A stretch of 64,000 nt of DNA from Flavobacteriales bacterium (GCA_016713875.1 JADJOI010000003.1:437092-501091); one strand, 5' to 3'; numbered from the stretch's first letter, positions 47,105 through 57,705 are shown. Numbers and translations are program-made. The notes: generated from the sequence alone by a model not told the origin.

Positions 47105-47302
47105 GGCGGAAAAGTAGGATACGCGGAACAGCGCGTTCGTCCGCGTGCCCTGAACGCAGGTTGTTGGGCCGTTCCGTTGCCGGGGACGGTGCTTGGGACC
47201 ACCGGAATGGTCGTGGATCGGTCCGCCGGTCGGATCGGACACGAGGTACTTTGCCGTGGAAACCCACGTTCCACCCTCCGCGGGTGACCAGCCAAGACCT
47301 CC

Positions 47303-48079
47303 ATGAGACCGACCCTCGTACTGACGCTGATCCTGAGCGGCCCGACCGCCCTCGCGCAACTGCCCAACGGGAGCGTGGCCCCGGACTTCACGCTGACCGA
47401 CCTGAACGGCACCCCGCATACCCTTTCCAGCTATCTGGATGCGGGCAGGACGGTGTTCCTGGAGATCTTCGCCGCGCACTGCCCCACCTGTTGGGGTTAT
47501 CATCAGACCCACAGGCTGAAGGACCTGTACGAACAATATGGGCCCGACGGCACGAATGAACTGATGGTGCTGGCCTTGGAGTACGATCAGTGGAACGGCA
47601 TGAACGAGCTCATGGGCATCGGGGACCCTTGGGTGACGGCGGGGGATTGGCTGACGGGCACGCCATACCCCATCTTCAATGTGGAGGATCCCGACCGGGG
47701 CGTGTTCACGGACTACAACGTCACCTTCTATCCGGCCATCTATCGCATCTGCCCGGACCGCATCGTGCAACAGGTGTTCACCTCCCAAACGGAGGCGCAG
47801 CTCCTCCAGATGCTTCAGGACTGCCAGGCCGTCCTGAACGTTGGCGAAGAGGAGGACCTGGGCGATGTATGGTTCGACACGCGTTCTCGCGCCCTGATGC
47901 TTGCCCGCCCAGCGCAGGTCCGCCAGGTGGAGGTGATCGACCTGCATGGACGGGTCGTGCTGAATGTCAGCGGCCCCATGGGACACAGGGTCGGGCTCGG
48001 GGAGCTCTCCGCAGGTGTGTGGCTCGTTCGCATCGTGACGGCATCCGGATCGCACGTGCGGCGCTTGTACGTGGAGTAG
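47303..48079 (+). CDS. Thioredoxin-fold (redoxin/AhpC-TSA-like) protein with T9SS C-terminal sorting domain
   Basis: Signal peptide. CPTC redox motif in FAAHCPTCW. C-terminal about 70 aa (...VEVIDLHGRVVLNV...GVWLVRIV...) CTD-like. Confidence 0.65.
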   Translation: MRPTLVLTLILSGPTALAQLPNGSVAPDFTLTDLNGTPHTLSSYLDAGRTVFLEIFAAHCPTCWGYHQTHRLKDLYEQYGPDGTNELMVLALEYDQWNGMNELMGIGDPWVTAGDWLTGTPYPIFNVEDPDRGVFTDYNVTFYPAIYRICPDRIVQQVFTSQTEAQLLQMLQDCQAVLNVGEEEDLGDVWFDTRSRALMLARPAQVRQVEVIDLHGRVVLNVSGPMGHRVGLGELSAGVWLVRIVTASGSHVRRLYVE

Positions 48080-48104
48080 GCGGACGCGCGCTGCACTTCC
48101 CCGG

Positions 48105-49634
48105 GTGCCGAATGATCCGTACCGTTGGGGTCCCATGCGACCATCCGTCAGCATCACCGAGGACGGCCGTTCCGGCCATGTCGTCTACAACCAAGGCCTG
48201 CGGTCCATCACCGGGTATTGGGAGTTCGGTGGCCACGACGTGGTGACCATCGTGAGCATGGGGACGCGCGCGGAGTGGGATCGTGCACACGGTTGGGCCG
48301 TAGAGCGGCGGGCGGAGATCCTGCGCTTCGTGGCCGATGAGGTGGTGCGGCAGCGGGCGCCATCGTGCACGGCGGAGATCGATCCGGAGCGTGGCGACAT
48401 CCACATCTTGCTCGGGCCGGGCCCAGGTGCTCGCAAGACCGCCGGGGTGCCTTCGCCGCAGGCCAGGTCAGCAGCGTTCGTGCGCCGGTATTCCAACCTG
48501 AAAGCCATGGTCGGACTCGGGATCCTTGTCGCGACGGTCCTCATCGGCGGCGTGCTCTGGCTCGGCAAGAAGGCGCTCACCGTGTCGCCGGTGAGCGGTG
48601 TGCCGCTGAACGACTGCGTGCGCACGGACACGCACATCGCCTCGCTCATCCAGACCACCGATCCGCATATGGTGGAGATCAGCGGACGCGGCGGCAACAC
48701 CACCACCAGCCTCAGCATCCTGCTCATTCCGCTTGATGGCACGGAACCCTTCGTGGTGCCTTTCGCCCGGGAGGTCGACGGCAACGGCTACACCCTGTCG
48801 CGCATCCTGGGCAGCGACGGGCGCACGCTCTGGTTCGACTGCATGGGCCTGCACGGTGTTCACCTGCGCGACGGCACGCTCGTGACGGCGGATGACCTGA
48901 CGACCGCGAACCCGGGCTTGCCGCCGCGCTGGTGGGAGGATGCCCGCGGCACGGACATCGTGGACGGGAAGTTGCACCTGATCAACGACGACCGCAGCGC
49001 GGCCATGGACCTGGACCCTGATACCTGGAAGGCCACGCCGGTGGCGCCCAAGCCGTCCAACGACCGCTTCCAGCGCCACGAACCCACCGACCAGCTGGCG
49101 TCCGGCCTGATCACTCCGGGCGGCACCTGGCTTGGCCTGCACGCCCCGGAAGAGCTCGAAAGCAACTTCAAGGTGGGCCAGTGGGTGCGCCGGGTGGAGA
49201 ACGCCGAGGATGCCAAGCGCGAGCGGCGGTTGTGCCGTGGGGAGCTGGAGCGCGGGTCCGACGCCGATCACTTCCGCATCCGCGGCATCGCGCCCCTCGG
49301 TGACAGTGCGTACCTGAACGCGGCCTTCCTGCGCCTGCATGCCAGGGCGGAGCCGTTGCGCCTCTCCGACCCCGAGAGCGTGCTGATGGTGCATACGGAC
49401 AAGCCGGGCCTGGGCGGCCGGCTCATCGTGTCGCGCGTGGACCTGGACGGAAAGGCGATCTGGCGCACGGAGACCGCTCTGGACCGCTACACCGTTTCCC
49501 AGATCCTGCCCGGCGCCGCGGCCTTCGCCTTTGTGGGCACACGGCCACCCGTGGAAGGCAAGTTGAGCGAGCCTTTCGTGGTGCTGGTGGACAACGCCAC
49601 CGGGAGGTTGACGGTGCATTCGCTGTGGCGCTGA
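48105..49634 (+). CDS. Hypothetical membrane-anchored protein (cytoplasmic N-domain, single TM, large extracytoplasmic domain)
   Basis: 509-aa ORF. TM helix MVGLGILVATVLIGGVLWLG about residue 145. No motif recognised. Confidence 0.45.
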   Translation: MPNDPYRWGPMRPSVSITEDGRSGHVVYNQGLRSITGYWEFGGHDVVTIVSMGTRAEWDRAHGWAVERRAEILRFVADEVVRQRAPSCTAEIDPERGDIHILLGPGPGARKTAGVPSPQARSAAFVRRYSNLKAMVGLGILVATVLIGGVLWLGKKALTVSPVSGVPLNDCVRTDTHIASLIQTTDPHMVEISGRGGNTTTSLSILLIPLDGTEPFVVPFAREVDGNGYTLSRILGSDGRTLWFDCMGLHGVHLRDGTLVTADDLTTANPGLPPRWWEDARGTDIVDGKLHLINDDRSAAMDLDPDTWKATPVAPKPSNDRFQRHEPTDQLASGLITPGGTWLGLHAPEELESNFKVGQWVRRVENAEDAKRERRLCRGELERGSDADHFRIRGIAPLGDSAYLNAAFLRLHARAEPLRLSDPESVLMVHTDKPGLGGRLIVSRVDLDGKAIWRTETALDRYTVSQILPGAAAFAFVGTRPPVEGKLSEPFVVLVDNATGRLTVHSLWR

Positions 49635-49698
49635 CCATCACCCTGGATAACGGCGTGGTCATCGTGTACGTCACAGTTCTCTCCGTGAACGAACGACC

Positions 49699-50925
49699 GT
49701 GAAGGCCCTCGCGAACGCATATCGCTTCTACGCAGGCTCCTTCGCCGGCTTCAGCCGTTCGATCTGGCTGCTCACGTTCGCCACCTTCGTGAACCGTGCA
49801 GGCACCATGGTAGTGCCCTTCCTGTCGCTCTACCTCACCAAGGACATGGGGCTCTCGCTGGAGGAGGTGGGCTGGATCATGAGCTGCTTCGGTGCGGGAT
49901 CTGTGGTGGGGTCCTGGCTCGGCGGCCGGTTGACGGATCGCATGGGCCACCATCCGGTGATGGTGGGCGCCCTGGTCACCTCGGGCCTGGCCTTCATCGG
50001 GCTGCAGTACGTGAAGGGCTTCATGCCGTTCTGTGCGGGCGTTTTCGTCCTCATGGTGCTCAGCGATGCCTTCCGCCCGGCGCTGTTCGTGGCCATTCGC
50101 CACTACGCTGCTCCTGAGCAGCGCACACGCGCCGTCACGCTCATCCGCCTGGCCATCAACCTGGGCTTCAGCCTGGGCCCGGCGCTGGGGGGCTTCATCA
50201 TCGCCCACGGGGGCTTCAGCGGGCTCTTCTGGGTGGATGCGCTCACCTGCCTGGCCGCGGCCCTTATCCTGTGGACAGGGCTGCCGCGCGTGATCATGGA
50301 CGCAAAGGCGGCCGGTGTCGACGGGAAGGCCGTCGGGTCGCCCTATCGCGATGGGCCCTACCTCTTCTTTCTGTTCATCGTGGCGCTCATCAGCATCCCT
50401 TTCCTGCAATACTTCAGCAGCGTACCGCTGTTCTACAGCCAGGGGCATGGGCTCAGCGAGGAGACCATCGGATTGCTCCTCGGCAGCAACGGTCTGCTCA
50501 TCTTCCTCACCGAGATGCCGCTGGTGCGCTATTGCGAGGACCGCCGCTTCCATGTGCACACCATCCTGCGGGTGGGCGTGCTGCTCCCCGCCATCAGCTT
50601 CGCGGTCCTCAACCTGCTGCCCACGGTGGCCTTCCTGTGGGTCGGGATGATGTTCATGACCGTGGGGGAGATGCTCTTCTTCCCCTTCACGAACCGCATG
50701 GCGAACGAGCGCGCGGACCGTGGCCGGCCCGGGACCTACATGGCCCTGTACACCATCGCGTGGAGCATGGCGCACATCGTCGGCCACAGCCTCGGGCTCA
50801 ACCTCATCGCGTGGGCGGGCTACTCGAGCACGTGGTGGATCTGTGCCGTGGTGTTGGTGGGGTGCGTGGGCATGCTGTACGTGTTGGAGCGGATGATGCG
50901 GCGTGAGCCGGGGGTCAGCACCTGA
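49699..50925 (+). CDS. MFS transporter
   Basis: 12 TM helices. MFS signature-like GGRLTDRMG between TM2 and TM3. Confidence 0.85.
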   Translation: MKALANAYRFYAGSFAGFSRSIWLLTFATFVNRAGTMVVPFLSLYLTKDMGLSLEEVGWIMSCFGAGSVVGSWLGGRLTDRMGHHPVMVGALVTSGLAFIGLQYVKGFMPFCAGVFVLMVLSDAFRPALFVAIRHYAAPEQRTRAVTLIRLAINLGFSLGPALGGFIIAHGGFSGLFWVDALTCLAAALILWTGLPRVIMDAKAAGVDGKAVGSPYRDGPYLFFLFIVALISIPFLQYFSSVPLFYSQGHGLSEETIGLLLGSNGLLIFLTEMPLVRYCEDRRFHVHTILRVGVLLPAISFAVLNLLPTVAFLWVGMMFMTVGEMLFFPFTNRMANERADRGRPGTYMALYTIAWSMAHIVGHSLGLNLIAWAGYSSTWWICAVVLVGCVGMLYVLERMMRREPGVST

Positions 50926-51117
50926 GTTCTGCGAAGCACGGCACCGCGTGTGAAAGTGCCTTTGCTACGGGCCCAGTGCACAGCGCCGGTGGACTTGTCA
51001 GTGCTGCACGATGAAACGGCGCCTCAGGTTGTCAGGGAGGCCAAGTGCCACGGCAACATAGCTGCCGTCGGGCACGCGAGGATGCACTGGCCGGCCTTTG
51101 GTAATAGCACGTTCCTG

Positions 51118-51150
<33 letters not shown>

Positions 51151-51316
51151 GGCCATGCGCGTTGTCACTCCGGGCTTGACCTGGAGGCGCGTCCGGGCTG
51201 TATCGCTGGATGCCTCCGGCTCGCTTCTGATAGTGTGCATCAGACAGGTTCCATCACGTAAGGAGCGGGAATCGGAAGTGGGCGGATACGACCTGCGCGC
51301 CTGCTTGCCGGAGGCG

Positions 51317-51385
51317 GGGGACCTCGAACCCGCCGACTGCCTCCAGCAGGTATATGCGCCAGAGCCTGAAGGAACGCCGCCAAGT
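51317..51385. repeat. Copy of a short intergenic repeat element related to 61363-61435
   Basis: acctcgaacccgccgactgcctccagcaggtatatgcgccagagcctgaaggaacgccgccaagtga versus acctcgaaaccgccgcctgcctccggcaggtaaatgcgccagaagctggtgaccaacgccgccaagta: about 80% identity over about 68 nt. Confidence 0.6.
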
Positions 51386-51514
51386 GATCGCTACGTTCAT
51401 GGAAAAGGCGTAGGGTATGGCGGCATCATCATCCGTGTGGCTCGCTCCCACTCCATGCGGCACCGAACTGATCGGTGTCATAGGTCCGGCTTCAGTCCAC
51501 TCGGAACATTTGAT

Positions 51515-53419
51515 ATGAACTACTGCTTCATGCGCTCATCACGTCCCCCCCTTCTCGCGTTCCTGCTGCTCGCCTCGGCGATGCCTGCCCATGCCCAACT
51601 CACCGAATCCGAACCGAACAACGATTTCGCAACCGCCAACTTTCTTCCGGCAGACACCGTTCTCAGCGGGGTTACATGCGCTGCTCCGGAGACGGACTAC
51701 CTCTACATTGTTCCACCGAGCGATGGGGTGATGCGGATCATCACGAGCATCAGCGCCAACACACCCTCTCCGATCCCGAATGACCTGCTCATCCAGGTGA
51801 TCTCCGATGAGATCCACCACTATGGGGACGGCATTCCCTTGGTGGGTGCGAACGGTGTGCCCATCACGGACACGTCGACCTGGACGTGCATAGCGGCCGA
51901 TACGGTGTTCTTCGTGGTGCACAACAGCACGATGTTCAACGGGTATTGCTACACCTATGAGGTGCGCTACGAAATGACAGCACCGCATTTCAGTGCGGAT
52001 GTGGAACCCAACAACTCCCTGGCCGAGGCCGTGGAGCTGCCGCACGCCACCGATGTGGAGGGACACCTGGGCTTCATCACCGATCCGGCTTATGGTGGCA
52101 GCGATATCTACGACTACTACCGGATCGTGCCTCTTGAGGATGGCGTGCTTCGCGTGATCGTGGAGTCCGAGAACACCGGCGTGCTCGTGAACCCGGTGAA
52201 CATGCACCTGGAGGAGTTCAATGCCCAGACTTTCGAGGTGGGCTTGAACAGTGTGCCGCTGGCCGATACGCTCTACTGGACCTGTCTGCGCGCCGACACC
52301 TTCCATCTGCGCTTCGCCATGCCCACCTTCACCGACTGCGGCATCAGTTACCGCCTGCGGTACGACATTCTGCCGGGGCTCTTCACCACGGAGCAGGAGC
52401 CGAACAATAGCATCGCCGAAGCCGTTGTTCTCCCTCTCGGCACGGATCAGGAAGGCCATCTGGGTTTCCTCCTTGGTCCGTTGAACACCGATTGGTACGA
52501 CTACTACCACATCGTGCTACCGGATAACGGCGATCTGCGCGTGATCATCGGATCGGAGAACGCCGGCACCGTGAGCAACACGGTGAACCTTTCGTTGGAA
52601 GGGGTTTACGAGCAGCCCATCGACATGGGTGTGAACGGGGCGCTATTCACCGATACGTTGTACTGGAACTGCCTCACCCCGGGCTCCTATCACCTGAAGT
52701 TCGCCATGCCTACCGCCACCGATTGCGGCATCACCTACCGCATGCGCTGCGATCTGCTGGCCCCGGTGTATGCCAACGATCCGGAGCCGAACGGCGTGAT
52801 CCCTCAGGCCGTTCCCGCCACAATGGGTGTGCCCGTGGATGGCCATCTGCAGCATGGATGACTCACGAGCGACAACAACGACTACTTCCGCGTGGTGAAG
52901 TCCGATACCGGCCACTTCCGCATCGTTAGCGAAGCCTACTCCCTGCAGGCCGCAGCGCAGCAATTGAACTTGGAGATCGCCGATCACACCTGGACACCGA
53001 TCGCCAATTTCACCGCGCTGATGGGCAGCAACGGAATAGTGTTGACCGATACCAGTACCATCCTCAATGCGCCCGTCGATACGCTGTACATCCGTGTGTC
53101 CATGCAGCCGGGTGCCTGTGGCGCCTACCGATTGTGGTTCACTACGGTCTCAACCGTGGGCATTGCCGAAGCGGAACAGGCGCCGCTCCTTGAGGTGTTC
53201 CCGAACCCGACCGACGGCCACGTCCGGATCAGTTGGCCGGAGGTAGGAGAGGGTACCTTGGAGTTGCACGATGCTACTGGCCGTGTGGTGCTGCAACGCA
53301 ATGTGCGGGCCGATGCCCGGAGCATCGAGCTCGACCTGTCCGGCCTGTCGCTGGGTACCTATGCCTGCATGGTGCGCAATACGGACACCCGGCATTGGGC
53401 GCGCATCTTGCGGGAGTAG
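51515..53419 (+). pseudogene. T9SS-sorted protein with four about 135-aa tandem repeat domains, interrupted by an in-frame TGA at 52859-52861
   Basis: Signal peptide MNYCFMRSSRPPLLAFLLLASAMPAHAQ. Four homologous repeats (EPNN..A..LP...D.EGHLGF.....DYY.IV....G.LR.I). ORF 52892..53419 is in the same frame and supplies the missing end of repeat 4 plus a T9SS CTD (LEVFPNPTDGHVRISW...GTYACMV). Confidence 0.6.
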
Positions 53420-53746
53420 CGCTGTGTTCGCAGTGCGCGTTCCGGCGCCGCAGGGTGGCCGGAGGAAGTCGGATCATCGGCGACCGGCCTCCTCGATCAT
53501 GAAGGCTTAGTGGCTGTGCGGGCAGATGATCTCGCTCATGCGGATGGGCTGGGGTCTGTTGTGTGGGCTTATCGCGGTCATGTCAAGACTAGAGCGCATC
53601 TCAAAAATGCCCTTTGGGCTCCGCGAGGGTCTTTCGCGCCCATGCGTCGCTGTCGAAGCCCTCACAAAGTACCCGACTATGCTCGGGTTCGACGCCTCGC
53701 CTGAACGCGAGATCCCGCTCGCTCGCTACCAAAAGCAATTTTAGAT

Positions 53747-54280
53747 GTGCTCTGGCCTTCGTGTTGCGAGCGCCGTTGTTTCAGCGACGGCGAGCTGTGG
53801 AAGTTGTGGTACACCACCATGCCGTCGGCGGAGGAAATGCGCGCCGAGATCGACCGGCGCCCTGTGCTGTTCCAACAAGGCACCGTGCTATCCTGGGCCG
53901 TGCGCGACCTCACTTCCGGCAAGGTGGTGGGCATGACCACCTTCATGAACATCGAGGCGGAGAAGCCCCGCGTGGAGATCGGTTCCACCTGGTACGCGCG
54001 CTCCGTGCAGCGCACCGCGCTGAACACCGAGTGCAAGTTGCTGCTGCTCACGCACGCGTTCGACACGCTCGGCTGCATCGCGGTGGAGTTCCGCACCAGC
54101 TTCTTCAACTTCCAGGGCCGCCGCGCCATCGAACGCCTTGGCGCCAAGCCCGATGGGATCCTGTGCAACCACATGCGCATGCCTGACGGTACGATTCGCG
54201 ACACCTGCGTGTACTCCAGCCTTCTTCACGAATGGACGGCGGTGCAGGAGAACCTGCTGTTCAAGTTGGGGCGCACTTGA
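53747..54280 (+). CDS. GNAT family N-acetyltransferase (RimJ/RimL-like)
   Basis: Acetyltransf_3-like core (VVGMTTFMNIEAEKPRVEIGSTWYARSVQRTALNTECKLLLLTHAFDTLGCIAVEF). Start uncertain (GTG at 53747 or ATG at 53819). Confidence 0.65.
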   Translation: MLWPSCCERRCFSDGELWKLWYTTMPSAEEMRAEIDRRPVLFQQGTVLSWAVRDLTSGKVVGMTTFMNIEAEKPRVEIGSTWYARSVQRTALNTECKLLLLTHAFDTLGCIAVEFRTSFFNFQGRRAIERLGAKPDGILCNHMRMPDGTIRDTCVYSSLLHEWTAVQENLLFKLGRT

Positions 54281-54344
54281 GCGCGGATCGCTGTTCTGGT
54301 CACAACGGCCTACATTCGGACCACATCCACTCCATACACACCCC

Positions 54345-54899
54345 ATGATCGCCCTCATCATCGGAGCCGTTCTCCTGCTCCTTGTGTTCTACGCCATCGG
54401 CATCTACAACAAGCTGGTGAAGTTGAAGAACCTGGTGGCCGAGGCGTGGAGCGGCATTGATGTGCAGTTGAAGAAGCGCTACGACCTGATCCCCAACCTG
54501 GTGGAAACGGTGAAGGGCTACGCCGCGCATGAGAGGGAGACCTTCGAGAGCGTGACCCGAGCGCGCGCCGCCGCACAGCAGGCCACCACGGTGGAGGGCC
54601 ATCAGGCCGCCGAGAAGCAGCTGAGCAGCGCTCTCATGAACCTGATCGCCGTCGCCGAGCGCTACCCCGAGCTGAAGGCCAATACCAACTTCCTGGAGCT
54701 GCAGACCACCCTGGCGCAGATCGAAGGTGATCTCGAGAAGTCCCGCCGCTACTACAACGGCAACGTACGCGAGCAGAACACCCTCATCGAGAGCTTCCCC
54801 AGCAACCTCATCGCCAACGCGTTCGGCTTCGTGAAGTCGGTGTTCTTCGAACTGGAGAACCCCGCGGAGAAGCAGAACCCACAGGTCAAGTTCTCGTGA
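54345..54899 (+). CDS. lemA: LemA family protein
   Basis: N-terminal TM. Conserved LemA sequence (YNKLVKLKNLVAEAWSGIDVQLKKRYDLIPNLVETVKGYAAHE...RRYYNG). Confidence 0.85.
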   Translation: MIALIIGAVLLLLVFYAIGIYNKLVKLKNLVAEAWSGIDVQLKKRYDLIPNLVETVKGYAAHERETFESVTRARAAAQQATTVEGHQAAEKQLSSALMNLIAVAERYPELKANTNFLELQTTLAQIEGDLEKSRRYYNGNVREQNTLIESFPSNLIANAFGFVKSVFFELENPAEKQNPQVKFS

Positions 54900-56611
54900 T
54901 GCGCCGCTGGCTGTTGCTGGCTTCGCTGGTGGGCGGGATGCATGCCCACGGCCAGACCGAGAAGATCAACGCGTGGCACACGGACCTCACCGTGGCGCCC
55001 GACGGGCGGCTCACGGTCACTGAGGCGATCAACGTACACGTGGAGGGCGTCGAGTTCAAGCGCGGCATCGTACGGAAGTTGCCGCTCCGCTTCACGGACC
55101 ACAACGGTCGCACGCACCACGTGAAGTACGACCTGCAGGCGGTACAGGTGTTCGGCGCCACCAGTCCGTACCACACCGCCACCGAGGGCGACGACTTCGT
55201 GGTTTACGTGGGCAGCGAGGGCAACTTCCTACAGCCCGGCGACTATCCATACACCCTTACGTACACCACCAAGGGCCAGCTCGGCTTCTTCCCCGACTTC
55301 GATGAGATCTACTGGAACGTGAACGGGAATGGGTGGGCCTTCACGGTGGACAGCATCTCGGCGCTGATCCACCTGCCTTCACCTGCGAATGTCAAGAAGA
55401 CGGCCTGTTACACGGGTGTGCTTGGTTCCACGGAGAACGCGTGCCGCGACAGCGCGATCGATGCGCACACGGTGTACTTCACCGGCCGCGCCCTGGACAT
55501 GTACGAAGGTCTTACCGTGGCCGTGGGCTTCCAGAAGGGCGTGGTGGTCGAGCCGCCACGGCCCACCTTCTGGGAGGAGCACGCCATTCCGCTGGTCGGA
55601 GGGGGCATCACCCTCTTGCTGCTGATCTACTACCTCATCACGTGGATCCGCTTCGGCCGCGATCCCGACACGCCGACGGTGATCCCTTTGTTCGAGGCGC
55701 CTGACGGCCTTTCTCCCGCCTCGGTGGCCATGGTGATGAAGGGCGGTGAGGACAACGACCAGATCACACCGGCCATGATCCATCTGGCCGTGAAGGGGTA
55801 CGTCCGCATCGAGGAGAAGAAGGAGGATGTGCTGCTGGGCCTGTTCTCCAAACGGACCTACACCATCCGGAAGCTTAAGGGAGGATCAGGCTTGCCGAAG
55901 GAAGAACAGGCGCTGCTGAACAGCATGTTCGGCTCCGGACGGGACCGCTTCGAGTTCGATGGCTCGTACGATCCCAGCGTACAGTCCATGGCCAGTTCCT
56001 TCCGGTCCTCCCTGCGCCACCAGTGGCATGGCTTTTTGAACGCGGGCAAGAACCTGCGCTTCTGGTGGATCCCCATCCTCACGGTGGTGGTGTGCGGCGT
56101 CGCGCTGCTCGTGCTCTATGCCAGCTCATGGGGCGACAACGATGGGCTCTACATCGCGGCCTTCCTCGTGGCCAATCTGGTGCTCTTCTTGTTGTACCAG
56201 TACCTCATCCGCAAGCCTAGCGTGGAGAAACTGGCCCTGCGTGCGCGCTTGCGCGGTTTCCGGATGTACCTGAGCGCCGCGGAGGAGAGGCAGCTCCAGC
56301 ACTTCAACCCGCCCGCCATGACACCGGAAGTGTTCGAGCACTGCCTGCCCTACGCCATCGCCTTCGGCGTGGAGGAGGTCTGGGGCGAGCGCTTCCAGTC
56401 GATGATCGACAAGGCACTGGTTGATCCCAACTACCGCACCACGTGGTACAGCGGCTCCGTGATGAATTATGGATCCTTCTCGCACAGCATGAGCAGTTCG
56501 TTCTCCCGCAGTGTGCAGAGCAGCAGTACGCCGCCCAGCAAGAGCGGGGGCTCCGGTGGCGGCGGTTCGTCCGGTGGCGGCGGCGGCGGCGGTGGGGGCG
56601 GGGGCTGGTAG
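54896..56611 (+). CDS. DUF2207 domain membrane protein (LemA partner) with Gly-rich C-terminal tail
   Basis: Signal peptide. Extracytoplasmic DUF2207-like N-domain, TM helices, then C-terminal SGGSGGGGSSGGGGGGGGGGGW. Start overlaps the lemA stop. Confidence 0.75.
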   Translation: MMRRWLLLASLVGGMHAHGQTEKINAWHTDLTVAPDGRLTVTEAINVHVEGVEFKRGIVRKLPLRFTDHNGRTHHVKYDLQAVQVFGATSPYHTATEGDDFVVYVGSEGNFLQPGDYPYTLTYTTKGQLGFFPDFDEIYWNVNGNGWAFTVDSISALIHLPSPANVKKTACYTGVLGSTENACRDSAIDAHTVYFTGRALDMYEGLTVAVGFQKGVVVEPPRPTFWEEHAIPLVGGGITLLLLIYYLITWIRFGRDPDTPTVIPLFEAPDGLSPASVAMVMKGGEDNDQITPAMIHLAVKGYVRIEEKKEDVLLGLFSKRTYTIRKLKGGSGLPKEEQALLNSMFGSGRDRFEFDGSYDPSVQSMASSFRSSLRHQWHGFLNAGKNLRFWWIPILTVVVCGVALLVLYASSWGDNDGLYIAAFLVANLVLFLLYQYLIRKPSVEKLALRARLRGFRMYLSAAEERQLQHFNPPAMTPEVFEHCLPYAIAFGVEEVWGERFQSMIDKALVDPNYRTTWYSGSVMNYGSFSHSMSSSFSRSVQSSSTPPSKSGGSGGGGSSGGGGGGGGGGGW

Positions 56612-56631
56612 CTCCGAGGACCTTCTACGCC

Positions 56632-57705
56632 CTACTGCCCCCAACCCTCCACCAAACGGTCCATATCCGCCGTGGTGTTGTAGAAGTGGATCCCCACCCG
56701 CACACCCGCACTGCGGAAGGCCACTTTCACGCCGTGCTGCTCCAGGTGCTTCACCTGGGCCTCATCGCCCTGCAGCACCAGGATGCCCGCACGCTGGTCC
56801 GCACGCCGGCCGTGCAGCACCGTGATCCCGGCTGCATCGAAGCGGTCGACCGCGTAGGTGCACAGAGCGCTCACATGCGCAGCGATGCGCTCCGGACCGA
56901 TGGCCGCGATCCGCTGCAACGCATCCTGCAGCCGCGTCAGGGCCACGGGATCGCGGTGCCCGGCGTTCAGCATGGGGATGGGATCCACGCCATGGCGCTC
57001 CTTCATTTCCGCACGTACGGCTTCGGACAGGTGCATGAATCCGTTGCCGAAGCCCGCCAGCGGCCACTTGTACCCGCTGGCTCCGACGATATCCACGCCC
57101 GCGGCCTGCACGTCCAGCGGCACCGCGCACCACGACTGGGTGATGTCCACCACCGACCAGGCGCCGAACGCACGGCACAACGAGGCCACGGCGTAGAGGT
57201 CGATGCGGAACCCCGTCAGCCACTGCACCGCGCTGATCGCCACCAACTGTGGCCGCTCACGTTCCATGGCGCCGCGCACGGTGTCGAGGGAGATGGTCCC
57301 GTCCGCTTCCGGAGGCACCACCACGCGCTCGGAACCGGGCAGGGCGAAGGGTGCATGCAGGGTGGGGTAGTCGTGTCCGATCAGGAGCACCTTCGGTCGG
57401 TGCTTCAGCAACGGCGCCAGTTGGGCCAGGCCCACGGTGAAGTTCTGCACCAGGGCCGTGCCGGGTCCGGTGCCATTGATGCTCGCCGCTATGGTGCGTG
57501 CCACCTCGGTATTGCCGCCGAACATCCAATGGAAGAACCGCACGCTCCCTTCGCGCATCAACCGCTCGTGCTCGAGCTGCGCAGCCTGCACCGTGCACCC
57601 GGCCATCAGGCCCATGGACGAGGTGTCCAGGTAGCAGAGGTCGGCGAAGGCGGGGTAGGCGGCGCGAATGCGGTCGTGCTCCGGCAGAAGGCTGGGGGAG
57701 GGCAT
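56632..57705 (-). CDS. Class V aminotransferase (cysteine desulfurase / IscS-SufS-like fold)
   Basis: 357 aa. PLP-lysine region VDIVGASGYKWPLAGFG. Start at MPSPSLL (57705). The ORF-track 484-aa extension is rejected. Confidence 0.75.
   Translation of the reverse strand: MPSPSLLPEHDRIRAAYPAFADLCYLDTSSMGLMAGCTVQAAQLEHERLMREGSVRFFHWMFGGNTEVARTIAASINGTGPGTALVQNFTVGLAQLAPLLKHRPKVLLIGHDYPTLHAPFALPGSERVVVPPEADGTISLDTVRGAMERERPQLVAISAVQWLTGFRIDLYAVASLCRAFGAWSVVDITQSWCAVPLDVQAAGVDIVGASGYKWPLAGFGNGFMHLSEAVRAEMKERHGVDPIPMLNAGHRDPVALTRLQDALQRIAAIGPERIAAHVSALCTYAVDRFDAAGITVLHGRRADQRAGILVLQGDEAQVKHLEQHGVKVAFRSAGVRVGIHFYNTTADMDRLVEGWGQ

Noticed and set aside
45932-48157. Single 741-aa ORF on the minus strand
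   Set aside because: Only the C-terminal about 390 aa (45932..47104) resembles a DUF1624 membrane acyltransferase. The N-terminal part is antisense of the thioredoxin-fold T9SS gene (47303..48079+) and has no protein-like composition.
52859-52861. TGA as selenocysteine in the T9SS repeat protein
   Set aside because: There is no plausible selenoprotein context (the aligned position in sister repeats is a variable loop, not a redox Cys). No SECIS-like hairpin is obvious immediately downstream, and no sel genes are in the window. Pseudogene or sequencing error is more parsimonious.
53680-53730. Possible tRNA (GGTTCGAC T-loop-like string)
   Set aside because: The flanking sequence cannot be folded into a 5-bp T-stem, acceptor stem or anticodon arm, so this is a chance match.
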